NCBI GenBank assembly: GCA_020429915.1
Contig: JAGQKV010000002.1
Coordinates: 192,061-256,060, forward strand
Source of the DNA: Candidatus Omnitrophota bacterium
GTDB lineage: Bacteria > Omnitrophota > Gorgyraeia > Zapsychrales > Zapsychraceae
Reading direction: 5' to 3'
Length of the DNA: 64,000 nucleotides
A program made the position numbers and the translations under genes. The first letter of the stretch is position 1. Each line of letters begins with the position of its first letter. Positions 1 through 8,781 of this stretch are shown here, in pieces. The notes below the pieces were generated by a model. It worked only from the letters and a program-made list of their open reading frames with translations. It did not search any database and was not told the origin of the DNA.

Positions 1-600
1 CTTGACGCCGCGCTTGGCGAGTTCGTCGACCAGATTCTGTCCCATCAGCTTGTCCGGCAGGAAATAGATCCTGTCGTTGGGAATATTCTGGCAGATGTCG
101 TAGACATTCGATGACGTGACGCAGACATCGCACTCGGCCTTAACGGCGGCGGTGGTGTTGATGTAACACACAAACGTGTAACCGGGAAATTCCTTGCGTA
201 GGGCCTGCACCTGTCCGGCGTTGATCGAATCGGCCAGCGTGCAGCCGTCGTTGAGACCCGGGATCAGGACATCCTTGTGCGGGTTGAGGATCTTGGCGGT
301 ATCCCCCATAAAACGTACCGCAGCAAAGACGATGGTGGTCGCCTCGGTCTCCATGGCGCGTTTGCTCAGGATATAGGAATCGCCGACATAGTCGCCCACG
401 CCGTAGATGATCTCGGGCGTGACATAGGAATGCACCAGAATGCAGGCGTTCTTTTCACGCTTCAGCTCGTTGATTTCATTGATCAGCGGGGTCAGCTCCT
501 CGCATTTCTCCCGGGAGTACTGGCAGACCTGGCCGCCGATCTTGACGTCTTTTAATTTTTGATACAGCTGTTCCGCTGTGATTTTTTCCGTGACCAGCAT
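1..600 (-). CDS. nadA: quinolinate synthase NadA, N-terminal ~200 aa; the gene runs off the window start
   Basis: Hand translation of the reverse strand from the ATG at 598-600 gives MLVTEKITAEQLYQKLKDV...NACILVHSYV...IVFAAVRFMGDTAKILNP, which is characteristic of NadA. The ORF is open at the window edge, so it is absent from the ORF track. Confidence 0.8.
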   Translation of the reverse strand, partial: MLVTEKITAEQLYQKLKDVKIGGQVCQYSREKCEELTPLINEINELKREKNACILVHSYVTPEIIYGVGDYVGDSYILSKRAMETEATTIVFAAVRFMGDTAKILNPHKDVLIPGLNDGCTLADSINAGQVQALRKEFPGYTFVCYINTTAAVKAECDVCVTSSNVYDICQNIPNDRIYFLPDKLMGQNLVDELAKRGVK

Positions 601-738
601 GACTTGTCCTTGGGAAGATCAATCGTTCCGCTTCGCGGCAGTTGCTCTGCCGACGTTCGAAGCTGAATGGGGTGCGGGAATTTCCACCACTATACCCCAT
701 ATGGTGTGGGATTGCAAGGAGAACCGGGGGCCTTCGGC

Positions 739-1362
739 TCAGGCGGGCCGCTCCGGTACTTCTGAGCTAGGCAGGACAATGACCCCGGCCTTTTTCAATT
801 CCGCCACGGCCGCCTCCACATCCCCTTCCTTCAGATTGACCCCGCGGCAGGCGTCCGTGATCAGGACGGTCTTTAATCCCTCCCGCACGGCGTCCAGGCA
901 GGTGTATTTCACGCAGTAGTCCGTGGCCAGTCCGGCCACGTAGACGGTGGTGACTTTCTTTTCCTTAAGGTAAGCGGCCAAGCCGGTGGCCTTGCGGTGG
1001 CCGTTGTCATAGAATCCGCTGTAGCTGTCGATTTCCGGGTCCGTCCCTTTTTGAAAAATACGGTCGATTTTACCAAGCCGCAACGCGTCGACAAATTTGG
1101 CGCCTTCGGAACCCTGTACGCAGTGGTCCGGCCACAGGATCTGCTCAAGCCCGTTGAGGTCGATGACCTCCCCGGGCTGTTTGCCGTGACTGGAGGCAAA
1201 GCTCTTGTGCCCGGTCGGGTGCCAGTCCTGGGTGGCCACGACCAGATCGAAGCGTTCCTGCAGACCGTTGATCAGTGGTACGATTTGATCCCCCTCGGCC
1301 ACGGGCAGGGCGCCGCCGGGGCAAAAGTCGTTCTGGACGTCAATGATGAGCAGCGCGTTCAT
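739..1362 (-). CDS. pncA: nicotinamidase / isochorismatase-family hydrolase (PncA-like)
   Basis: MNALLIIDVQNDFCPGGALPV... matches the isochorismatase/nicotinamidase fold. I chose the internal Met as start; the track ORF extends to 1449. Confidence 0.75.
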   Translation of the reverse strand: MNALLIIDVQNDFCPGGALPVAEGDQIVPLINGLQERFDLVVATQDWHPTGHKSFASSHGKQPGEVIDLNGLEQILWPDHCVQGSEGAKFVDALRLGKIDRIFQKGTDPEIDSYSGFYDNGHRKATGLAAYLKEKKVTTVYVAGLATDYCVKYTCLDAVREGLKTVLITDACRGVNLKEGDVEAAVAELKKAGVIVLPSSEVPERPA

Positions 1363-2812
1363 GGTTCTTCCTGATTCTGAGGGTGAGTTCCTTTTTCCGG
1401 CCGAGGTAAGTCTGTTCGAACCCGACGGGATAGCTGTGCGGATTTTCAAAACGCTTCAGACCGGCGTGAAAGTGTTTGAGGTTGTCGATGGTGCTCTGTC
1501 GGATCGCGGCGATCTTGGGGCTGCGGTAGACGCCTTTTCCACGGCGGAAGACCGGTACCAGCAGGTCACGGTGCTTGGTCTTCGCGGAAATCGATTTGGC
1601 CCGCAGCGGATCGGTCGGGTGCATGATGGTGCAGCCCGACTGCGGCGGGTAGCGTATATCGAAGATCGCGTCGGCGATATTTTCTTTCTTGTTGTAGAAG
1701 CGCCGCACCTGAATGATCCCGGGATGGGAGATTTTGGCCGTCTGGTCCGAGATCTTCAGGGTATCGGACCATTCGCCGCCCGGTTCGCGGATGGCCGAGA
1801 CCTTGTATACGCCGCCGAGCGCGGGCTGATCGTAACAGGTGGTGAGTTTGGTCCCCACCCCCCACACCGCGATCTTGGCGCCCTGTTCTTTGAGGCTGCG
1901 GATCAGATGTTCGTCGAGCTCGTTGCTGGCCACGATTTTGGCGTCCGTCAGGCCGGCCTTGTCGAGTTTTTTGCGCGCGACCTTACTCAGATAAGCCAGG
2001 TCGCCGGAATCGAGCCGGATGCCGGACATGGTGTGCCCGTTCTTTTTCAGCCACTTTCCCGCGGTGATCGCGTGGTCGATGCCTTCCAGCGTATCGTAGG
2101 TATCGACCAGAAACGTCGTGTTGTGCGGCAGGGCGCGGGCGTAGGCCATGAAGGCCTCTTCCTCGGTGTCGAAGCTCATTACCCAGCTGTGCGCGTGGGT
2201 ACCCTTGACCGGAATGCCGAAGAGCTTGCCGGCGAGGGTATTGGAGGTACCGGCGCAGCCGCCGATGTAGGCGCCGCGGGCGGCATAAACCGAACCTTCC
2301 ACCCCCTGCGCGCGGCGCATACCGAACTCCAGCACAGGCTCGCCTTTGGCGGATTGACAGACGCGCGCCGCCTTGGTGGCGATCAGCGACTGAAAGTTCA
2401 GGCAGTTTAAGAGGGCCGTCTCCAGCAGCTGCGTCTCCAGGATCGGCCCGGTGATGCGCATCAGCGGTTCGTTGGGGAAAACCACCTCGCCCTCCGGGAT
2501 TGCGTCGATGTCGCAGGTCAGCTTCATCCCGCGCAGATCTTTAAGGAATTTCCGTTCGAAGAGTTTTTTTCCGCCGCTGCCGGTGAGTGTGGCCAGGTAC
2601 TCGATGTCCGAGTCATCGAAGCGGAATTCGTTCAGGTACGAAATCGCCGTATCCAGACCCGCCGCGATCGTGTACCCGCTGCCGAAGGGATTGCTGCGGA
2701 AGTACAGATGAAACACGGCCTCCTGCGTATGCCGACCGGATTTCCAGTAGGCGTAGGCCATGGTCAGTTCGTACAGATCCGTGAGGAGACCTAGGGAGCG
2801 GTTGGCAATCAT
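1340..2812 (-). CDS. pncB: nicotinate phosphoribosyltransferase
   Basis: 490 aa; LTDLYELTMAYAYWKSG...GTHAHSWVMSF is a typical PncB/NAPRTase signature. Confidence 0.9.
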   Translation of the reverse strand: MIANRSLGLLTDLYELTMAYAYWKSGRHTQEAVFHLYFRSNPFGSGYTIAAGLDTAISYLNEFRFDDSDIEYLATLTGSGGKKLFERKFLKDLRGMKLTCDIDAIPEGEVVFPNEPLMRITGPILETQLLETALLNCLNFQSLIATKAARVCQSAKGEPVLEFGMRRAQGVEGSVYAARGAYIGGCAGTSNTLAGKLFGIPVKGTHAHSWVMSFDTEEEAFMAYARALPHNTTFLVDTYDTLEGIDHAITAGKWLKKNGHTMSGIRLDSGDLAYLSKVARKKLDKAGLTDAKIVASNELDEHLIRSLKEQGAKIAVWGVGTKLTTCYDQPALGGVYKVSAIREPGGEWSDTLKISDQTAKISHPGIIQVRRFYNKKENIADAIFDIRYPPQSGCTIMHPTDPLRAKSISAKTKHRDLLVPVFRRGKGVYRSPKIAAIRQSTIDNLKHFHAGLKRFENPHSYPVGFEQTYLGRKKELTLRIRKNHERAAHH

Positions 2813-2825
2813 TTGTGCGCCTGGG

Positions 2826-2925
2826 TAGTGTGTATTAATTTCGAAATCCGAATCTTCGAATGCTCGAAGGAATATCGAATCTTCGAATGACCGAATGTTT
2901 GAAACGCTGGATGGTATTGTCCCGT
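2826..2925. repeat. TTCGAA-module composite repeat, copy E
   Basis: Array of (A/T)TTCGAA(T) and CGAATATCGAAT units ending cgaatgtttgaaacgctggatgg; homologous to the copies at 18490, 19325, 42085 and 57330, and an inverted copy of 3380-3500. Confidence 0.8.
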
Positions 2926-2962
2926 TAATGTCATGTTGGGGACAATTTAAAGAATTAGTATT

Positions 2963-3328
2963 TTATTCCAACTTTCTGACGATAGCGCCGAAAATCTTCA
3001 TCAGTTCATCGGATTCCTGGTGAAGATGGCGCTGAAGTGATTGTAGATCCAAATCGGGTCCCGCGTCAAGGATTCCAAGCCAATATCTGGCCTCCTTCGC
3101 CTCCTTACGGGAAACCTTTAGCCGGAAGATAAAATCTTTCTTCCCCAAAGCCTCATTAGCCTCGATATAGTTGGCACCAATCGAACCGGATGCGCGCACC
3201 AACTGCTTGGCGTCCTCCAGGTTCGGGAGGTCCTTGGGAATTTTTCTGATGAACTTCCGAACGTCTCTGGCGAAAGTGCGTGTACGATCTTCCAAATCGT
3301 AAATCCGGCCGGTCCTATCCTGATTCAT
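2963..3328 (-). CDS. four-helix-bundle protein (TIGR02436, '23S rRNA intervening-sequence protein' family)
   Basis: 121 aa; ...FARDVRKFIRKIPKD...ASGSIGANYIEANEA...EARYWL is the family signature. Confidence 0.8.
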   Translation of the reverse strand: MNQDRTGRIYDLEDRTRTFARDVRKFIRKIPKDLPNLEDAKQLVRASGSIGANYIEANEALGKKDFIFRLKVSRKEAKEARYWLGILDAGPDLDLQSLQRHLHQESDELMKIFGAIVRKLE

Positions 3329-3379
3329 GATGATCTCCTCTCAAGAGGGGATCGAGTGTGGCAGGGGTGTTTTTGTAAT

Positions 3380-3500
3380 TTGATTACATTTCGAAGATTC
3401 GAGAATTCGAACATTCAATATTATCCCAGGAGTTTCGAAATTCGAACATTCGGTTCTTCGATATTCCTTCGATATTCGAGGATTCGATATTCGAACCTAA
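3380..3500. repeat. TTCGAA-module composite repeat, copy F (inverted relative to copy E)
   Basis: The reverse complement of 3440-3500 (tcgaaggaatatcgaagaaccgaatgttcgaatttcgaaactcctgggata) aligns with copy E (ctcgaaggaatatcgaatcttcgaatgaccgaatgtttgaaacgctggatgg). Confidence 0.8.
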
Positions 3501-4822
3501 TACGCAGGAACTCCGCGGAGCTGATGCGGCGACGCCCCCGTAATCACGGCAGGAACAATGTCACCCACTTGATAATCGCCCTTTGAAATCGTGACCAGTT
3601 TATTGTTATCGGCGCGACCGAGGAAATTGTCGTCTGATTTTCGGGTCCCTTTCTTTTCGATCATGATGCTCATCGTCTGTCCGACATGCCGGGCGTTCAG
3701 CTTTTCCATGATTTCCCGCTGAAGCTCATTCAACGTCACAATCCTCTCCGTCTTGATCGCTTCAGGAACATCGTCCTCCATTTTACGCGAGGCGATCGTC
3801 CCCTTTCGTTGGGAGTACTTGAACATAAACGCCGAATCGAATTCGACTTCACGCATGACCTTCAGTGTCTGCTCGAACTCCTCATCGGTCTCGGTGCAGA
3901 AGCCGACGATGACGTCCGTGGAAAGCGCGATACCCGGGACCTTGGCGCGGATATTGTCGACCAGTTTGAGAAATTCGTTCTGTGTGTAGGTGCGGTTCAT
4001 CAGCTCCAGGATCCGGTCGGAGCCGGCCTGCAGCGGGAGGTGGATCTGTTTGCAGATATTCTCGTTGGCGGCCATCACCTCGAGAAACTTGTCCGGAAAA
4101 TCCTTCGGGTGCGGAGAGGTGAAACGGATGCGTTCGATGCCTTTGACCTTAGCCACGGCTGCCATCAGGTCGGCGAAGTCGTGCTCTTCGTGACGGTACG
4201 AATTGACATTTTGACCGAGCAGGGTGATCTGCTTGAAGCCATCGGCGGCGAGGCGTTCGGCCTCTTCGACGATATTGGCCACCGACCGGCTGCGTTCTCT
4301 TCCTCTGGTATAGGGCACCACACAGAAGGTGCAGAAATTGTTACACCCGCGCATGACCGCGATCCAGGCATTCACCCCGCCCTCGCGCTTGGGGTAAACA
4401 TCGCTGTATGTCTCGAATTCCGATAGCGTCAGATCAAAAGGCTTGCCTTCCCCGTAGGATTCGCTGATCAACTGCGGCAACCGTTTGTACGAATCCGGCC
4501 CCGCGATAAAGTCGATCTTCAATCCGCGGTCTTCGAACAGCTCGGTGCGCAGGTTGGTGGCCATGCACCCCAGGATCCCGATTTTCACCGGCGCCCCGGC
4601 CCGGTCATGCAGGATTTTGTGCACCCGCCCGTACACCTTCCGATGCGCATGCTCCCGGATGGCGCAGGTATTAAGCATAATAATATCCGCCTGCGCCTCG
4701 TCCTGCGTAAACGCGTAGTCCGCCTTGGTCAGAATTGCGCGAACGAGCTCGGTGTCGTATTCGTTCATTTGGCAGCCGTATGTTTCTAAGAAAATCGTCT
4801 TTTGTAACTTATTGTTATGCAT
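3497..4822 (-). CDS. miaB: tRNA-i6A37 methylthiotransferase MiaB (radical SAM)
   Basis: ETYGCQMNEYD...CNNFCTFCVVPYTRGRERSR plus a TRAM-like C-terminus. Start taken at MHNNKLQKTIF. Confidence 0.9.
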   Translation of the reverse strand: MHNNKLQKTIFLETYGCQMNEYDTELVRAILTKADYAFTQDEAQADIIMLNTCAIREHAHRKVYGRVHKILHDRAGAPVKIGILGCMATNLRTELFEDRGLKIDFIAGPDSYKRLPQLISESYGEGKPFDLTLSEFETYSDVYPKREGGVNAWIAVMRGCNNFCTFCVVPYTRGRERSRSVANIVEEAERLAADGFKQITLLGQNVNSYRHEEHDFADLMAAVAKVKGIERIRFTSPHPKDFPDKFLEVMAANENICKQIHLPLQAGSDRILELMNRTYTQNEFLKLVDNIRAKVPGIALSTDVIVGFCTETDEEFEQTLKVMREVEFDSAFMFKYSQRKGTIASRKMEDDVPEAIKTERIVTLNELQREIMEKLNARHVGQTMSIMIEKKGTRKSDDNFLGRADNNKLVTISKGDYQVGDIVPAVITGASPHQLRGVPAY

Positions 4823-4989
4823 ATAGTTGTAAATGTAAAATTTTACCATAATTTCGTATACATTCACCTGTCCCCTTTATGGGCACCTGGTACGTTTCTT
4901 TAGAAACGTCATGCAATGCTTGCAATACATCCTACGCAGATTTATCAATGACAATATCTTGGTAAATTGATGGCATTTAATTTACTCCT

Positions 4990-5298
4990 TTATTCTTCGG
5001 CAAACTCTTTTAGGGCTTTCAAGCGTTGATCCCATTGATCCTCAAGTTTAGATATGAATTGCCGTGCTCTTTCTAATTTTGATGGATTAAGGATAACACG
5101 GATTTCCCGTCCATTTGGTTTAAGTTGAACGACATCAGCGGAAACAAGAACTTGAATTTGTTTTCGGGCCCCCTGACGTGTTATTCCGAGATTTTCTGAA
5201 AGATTGCCAATTGTGTAGTCTGATCCGTCAGACAATCGCTTAACGATTTTCAGACGGATCGGATCACCTAACGCTTTGAAAACTTGCGTCACTGTCAT
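4990..5298 (-). CDS. ArsR/SmtB-family transcriptional regulator
   Basis: 102 aa; ALGDPIRLKIVKRLSDG...GNLSENLGITRQGARKQIQVL is an HTH_20-type motif. Confidence 0.85.
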   Translation of the reverse strand: MTVTQVFKALGDPIRLKIVKRLSDGSDYTIGNLSENLGITRQGARKQIQVLVSADVVQLKPNGREIRVILNPSKLERARQFISKLEDQWDQRLKALKEFAEE

Positions 5299-5739
5299 TT
5301 ACACACCATCAAACTGTTCAGCAAGTCGCCCAAGCATGAAATCCCACCCTTTGGAGTTTTGCTGGAACTTTCCTTCTGCCACTTCCTTTGGTAATTTGGA
5401 AAACCCGGATTCCGTGAGCGTCACTTTACAAACGCCTTTTTTTATCTCTTTAATCGTAAATTCGACTAATGTATTGGCAACTGACAAAACATCACCTGTA
5501 AAATGATTACTTCCCGGAACCCAGCGATATGAAAAATATTCATACGGCTTTGAATCTTGAATATAAATCTGATTTTTACCATGTTCGCCAAAGTCAAAAA
5601 TTGGTTGTTCTCCGACTTTATAAGAGCCTTCAACTTTATCCGGAAACCATAACACTACTTTCTTTGGATCGGCGATGGCTTCGAAAATTTGCTCTTTCGA
5701 AGCAGTAATTTCAATTTCACGTTTAATCGTATCTTGCAT
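5299..5739 (-). CDS. SRPBCC / Aha1-domain protein (activator of Hsp90 ATPase homologue-like)
   Basis: 146 aa. The architecture is a frequent ArsR partner. The stop abuts the ArsR start. Confidence 0.75.
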   Translation of the reverse strand: MQDTIKREIEITASKEQIFEAIADPKKVVLWFPDKVEGSYKVGEQPIFDFGEHGKNQIYIQDSKPYEYFSYRWVPGSNHFTGDVLSVANTLVEFTIKEIKKGVCKVTLTESGFSKLPKEVAEGKFQQNSKGWDFMLGRLAEQFDGV

Positions 5740-5799
5740 TTTTACCTCCCGAGACTTGATTAATAAGCTATTTCGGAAACTATACTATGAAAATAGCTT

Positions 5800-5823
5800 A
5801 AATGCAACTATATAGTTGCATTT
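5800..5823. promoter_or_regulatory. perfect 24-bp palindrome aaatgcaactatatagttgcattt, candidate ArsR-type operator
   Basis: Exact inverted repeat about 60 bp upstream of the SRPBCC-ArsR operon start (5739, minus strand). Confidence 0.5.
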
Positions 5824-6301
5824 ATAGCGATGAACCAAAAATTAATCAAACCTATTGTTTTTTGACTGATTCAAACAGCTCTTTCAAATCCTGCAAACCT
5901 TTTTCGAAATATCATTACAATATATACAAATATGGCAATCACAATTATGAAAATTAAAATAATTCCGTTAAACGTGGACTGTTTTCTATTTAAACTTATC
6001 CAAAGTTACCAAAAAAATTTCTAAAATCCGTAGTTTATTTTTTTACAACTGATTGTAAATTATGATCTTATCGCATTTATAATCTTCATTAAAGTTTTAC
6101 CATAAAGAGCTGTACGGTCAACCGTAGGTCTCAATGAAGATCTTTTTATTTTCTGTTGTAGTAATCATAAATGAATCCTTACGCTTACGAAGCAAAGCGA
6201 CGTAAGTGTTAGGTTGAATTTATCCCCCGAGCATAAGTGAGTGGGGATAGCCCGGAATTATACAACCTTTACTGTGGAAGTACAAGACGGACACAGAGGT
6301 G

Positions 6302-7357
6302 CTATATTCTTCGGTATCTCGTCGAACGCCCTTGTCCAATCCGTTCGATTCTCTTAAGCTTCAGGAGACGGTCGAGGACTTGGTTGACGGTCGGGCGGGC
6401 GACGTCCGCATTCTTGGCGATCTCGGCGGGAGACGCCTCATCGACAGTTTGTAGATACTCCCACACCGCCAGTTGTTTCGGCGACAGGAGCTTTTCGATG
6501 CTCTCAGCAGATAACAACTCAATGGCCGCTTTGGCTTGGGTATGAACGGCTGATAGAAAGAATTCGAGCCAAGGGGTAATATCCGGTTTCTTGCCATGCA
6601 TGGTTTTCTGGCTCTTGCGCAGGGCCAAATAGTAATCCGGCTTGTGGTCTTCAATCAACTTCTCGTGGGAGACATACGGAATATAAGCATAGCCGTGCTG
6701 AAGCAATAGCAGGTTGGTCAATATCCGTGACAGCCTGCCGTTCCCGTCCTGAAACGGGTGGATCAATAAAAACTCAACCACAAAGTTACCGATAATCAGC
6801 AAAGGCGGATACTTGGCCGTCTCAAATGCGCCTAATGTCGCTTCAATGAGTTCCTGCATGGCTTTGGAGGTTAAATAGACCGGAGTAGTATCAAACAGGA
6901 TACCGACCGACTGCCCCGCGTCATCGAGCATATGCACTTTGTTTTCCGACTTCTTGTACTCACCTCTGTGTCGGATATCCTTCTCGACGTATTTCAGCAG
7001 TTCCTTATGAAAGTGCTTGACGGTGGCTTCGGAAAAACGGACGGATTTCCAGGAATCGAAGACATTCTGAAGGAGCTCAAAATACCCCTGTACCTCCTGC
7101 CTGTCCCGGTCGGCGAATTTCTGAATGGCGATACCGCGCATCAGTTTTTCGATATCCTCGTCCGAGAGTTTGGCTCCTTCAATACGGGTCGAGGCCCCGG
7201 TGGAGGTGATCAGAACAGACCTTTTGAGGCGTCCCAGCAGGGCCGGATTCAGCTTGGCACCCGACACCCATCTCCCCTTTAACTCGTCAATTTTGATGAT
7301 TTTAGACCAGATTTCCGGGGGAAGGTTATCTAAACGGCTTGTAAAGGATTGACTCAT
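6302..7357 (-). CDS. Fic-family protein (AMPylation/Fido domain) with C-terminal winged HTH
   Basis: 351 aa; HPFQDGNGRLSR is the canonical Fic motif. The C-terminus PAEIAKNADVARPTVNQVLDRL is HTH-like. Confidence 0.9.
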   Translation of the reverse strand: MSQSFTSRLDNLPPEIWSKIIKIDELKGRWVSGAKLNPALLGRLKRSVLITSTGASTRIEGAKLSDEDIEKLMRGIAIQKFADRDRQEVQGYFELLQNVFDSWKSVRFSEATVKHFHKELLKYVEKDIRHRGEYKKSENKVHMLDDAGQSVGILFDTTPVYLTSKAMQELIEATLGAFETAKYPPLLIIGNFVVEFLLIHPFQDGNGRLSRILTNLLLLQHGYAYIPYVSHEKLIEDHKPDYYLALRKSQKTMHGKKPDITPWLEFFLSAVHTQAKAAIELLSAESIEKLLSPKQLAVWEYLQTVDEASPAEIAKNADVARPTVNQVLDRLLKLKRIERIGQGRSTRYRRI

Positions 7358-7420
7358 ATAGCCTCTTTTTCTTATATATCAAATATATAAGATTATATAA
7401 GATAATATAAGAATGTCAAG
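7358..7420 (-). promoter_or_regulatory. near-consensus sigma70 promoter for fic
   Basis: Read on the minus strand: ccaggcTTGACAttcttatattatcttaTATAATcttatatatttgatatataagaaaaAGAGGctataATG, i.e. TTGACA-16-TATAAT. It overlaps a threefold 'tatataaga' tandem. Confidence 0.6.
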
Positions 7421-7529
7421 CCTGGCTAGGGTTTGGGGGATTAGGTATTGTGTCCCTGGAATTACAAAACATGTGTCCGAAAATATGCGCGGCGTGTTTT
7501 AATCGTTTTCTTTTCATTGCTTAAAGCAG

Positions 7530-7787
7530 CTAAAACCAGTATTTCTTCATTTTTGTAAGAAACTGTTTCTCTATTGGGAATCCAGAACTACTGCCGATAA
7601 CAGAATCAATGCCACATTCCGGGCACAATGCTGTTTGGCCGATATCACTTTCATCTTCGTCAATCCACTCCTCGATCTTGTTCGGAGGGTAAATGGCTAG
7701 GCAGTGAAAACAACCGCAAATTTCGCTCGACAATATTTCTTGTCGATGCCCGCTGGAATGTTTGTGTGCACGAATAATATTAAACAT
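7530..7787 (-). CDS. small Cys-rich protein with CGCFHC...CPECG zinc-ribbon/CPCC-like motif
   Basis: 85 aa ORF in the AT-rich island; two CxxC-type pairs. Confidence 0.5.
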   Translation of the reverse strand: MFNIIRAHKHSSGHRQEILSSEICGCFHCLAIYPPNKIEEWIDEDESDIGQTALCPECGIDSVIGSSSGFPIEKQFLTKMKKYWF

Positions 7788-7949
7788 TGAGTTTACTCTT
7801 CATTATTGAATCTTTATCCTATTCAACAAAGTTCCTACAATTCGGGGCAATTCGGGGGACACGATACTTAATTATTGTGAATTAGGTATTGTGAGCTGAC
7901 CCGGGTCAGCTCATTGTGTCCCTGGGATTTATAATCTTTGTTCACGTCA

Positions 7950-8342
7950 TTATGTCTTTCCATAATCAAACTTGACCCATTTATTATTCACCAAGCATTC
8001 ACAGTTATCACCTGGATTTAAAAAATTCTTCCCCTTTTTTAGACGAAACTGATGGTTTTGAAGTGCTGTAATCAATCGATGAAGATGGTCGACCATTTCG
8101 GCTTCGAGTACACTTTCAGGTCTGTCGTCATATCCTAAATAATCGCACCAATCGGAAAACTTCAATTCTGATTCTGGACGCTCAATTTCCAAGAACCATT
8201 CAAGCGCCGAATACGCGACGGTGATTTTGAAAACTAAGTCGTTTTTTGAAAAGCTTAGTACAAATGCATCGTCTAATTCTTCAAGACTGAAATTCGGTTT
8301 GTTGCCGTATTCTCTTATTGAATCTAAAGAGCTATTATCCAT
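7950..8342 (-). CDS. hypothetical acidic protein (immunity-protein-like)
   Basis: 130 aa ORF with no recognisable motif. Confidence 0.45.
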   Translation of the reverse strand: MDNSSLDSIREYGNKPNFSLEELDDAFVLSFSKNDLVFKITVAYSALEWFLEIERPESELKFSDWCDYLGYDDRPESVLEAEMVDHLHRLITALQNHQFRLKKGKNFLNPGDNCECLVNNKWVKFDYGKT

Positions 8343-8462
8343 AAGTTAACATTATGCGCTTTTCGTTAAAGATTGTTATAACGGGTCAATTGCTGTGTGT
8401 TACAAAAACCTCGGCGTGGATTTGCATCAACGCGCGCTTTTTAACCCAATTTTCAGCCATAG

Positions 8463-8551
8463 GTTTCAACAAAAACCTTCTTCATGGATAGCTCCGTACG
8501 GGTTTTTGTTGAAACCGGGGTCGGTGCCCCGATGCTCCAACGGGGTACCGA
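8463..8551. other. two adjacent long hairpins in a 440-bp gene-free gap (candidate structured RNA or terminator)
   Basis: ggtttcaacaaaaacc...22 nt...ggtttttgttgaaacc forms a 16-bp stem; gtcggtgccccg-atgctccaa-cggggtaccgac forms a 12-bp stem with one mismatch. Confidence 0.4.
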
Positions 8552-8781
8552 CCGAACTTTAGGTAACCGAATGTCTCAATAAAATACAAATTATTATCGC
8601 ATGTCATTTCAATCATTTATGATGATCGTCCTTTACGCATTCATCGGCTTATTAGCAAATGAACGAGTATGCTATTTCTTTCAAAATAATGTATTTACTC
8701 AGTCCCTAACAGGCTATACAATTTTGAAATTGTATTGAAATTTCTGGCAGTTGCAGAAACTCCTATTTATGCCTCAGCTTT

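Noticed and set aside
476-919. Short ORFs 476-700(-), 578-919(+) and 277-555(+)
   Set aside because: They overlap the clearly coding nadA frame or the nadA-pncA gap in other frames; there is no support for them.
2826-3500. Possible CRISPR array (short repeated TTCGAA units)
   Set aside because: Units are 7-14 bp, irregularly spaced and degenerate, with no constant 24-47-bp repeat or unique spacers and no cas genes. This is a composite repeat, not CRISPR.
4895-4912. Palindrome acgtttctttagaaacgt between miaB and ArsR as a terminator
   Set aside because: There is no U-tract on either strand, and a 7-bp stem alone is weak evidence. It could be an operator but was not reported as a feature.
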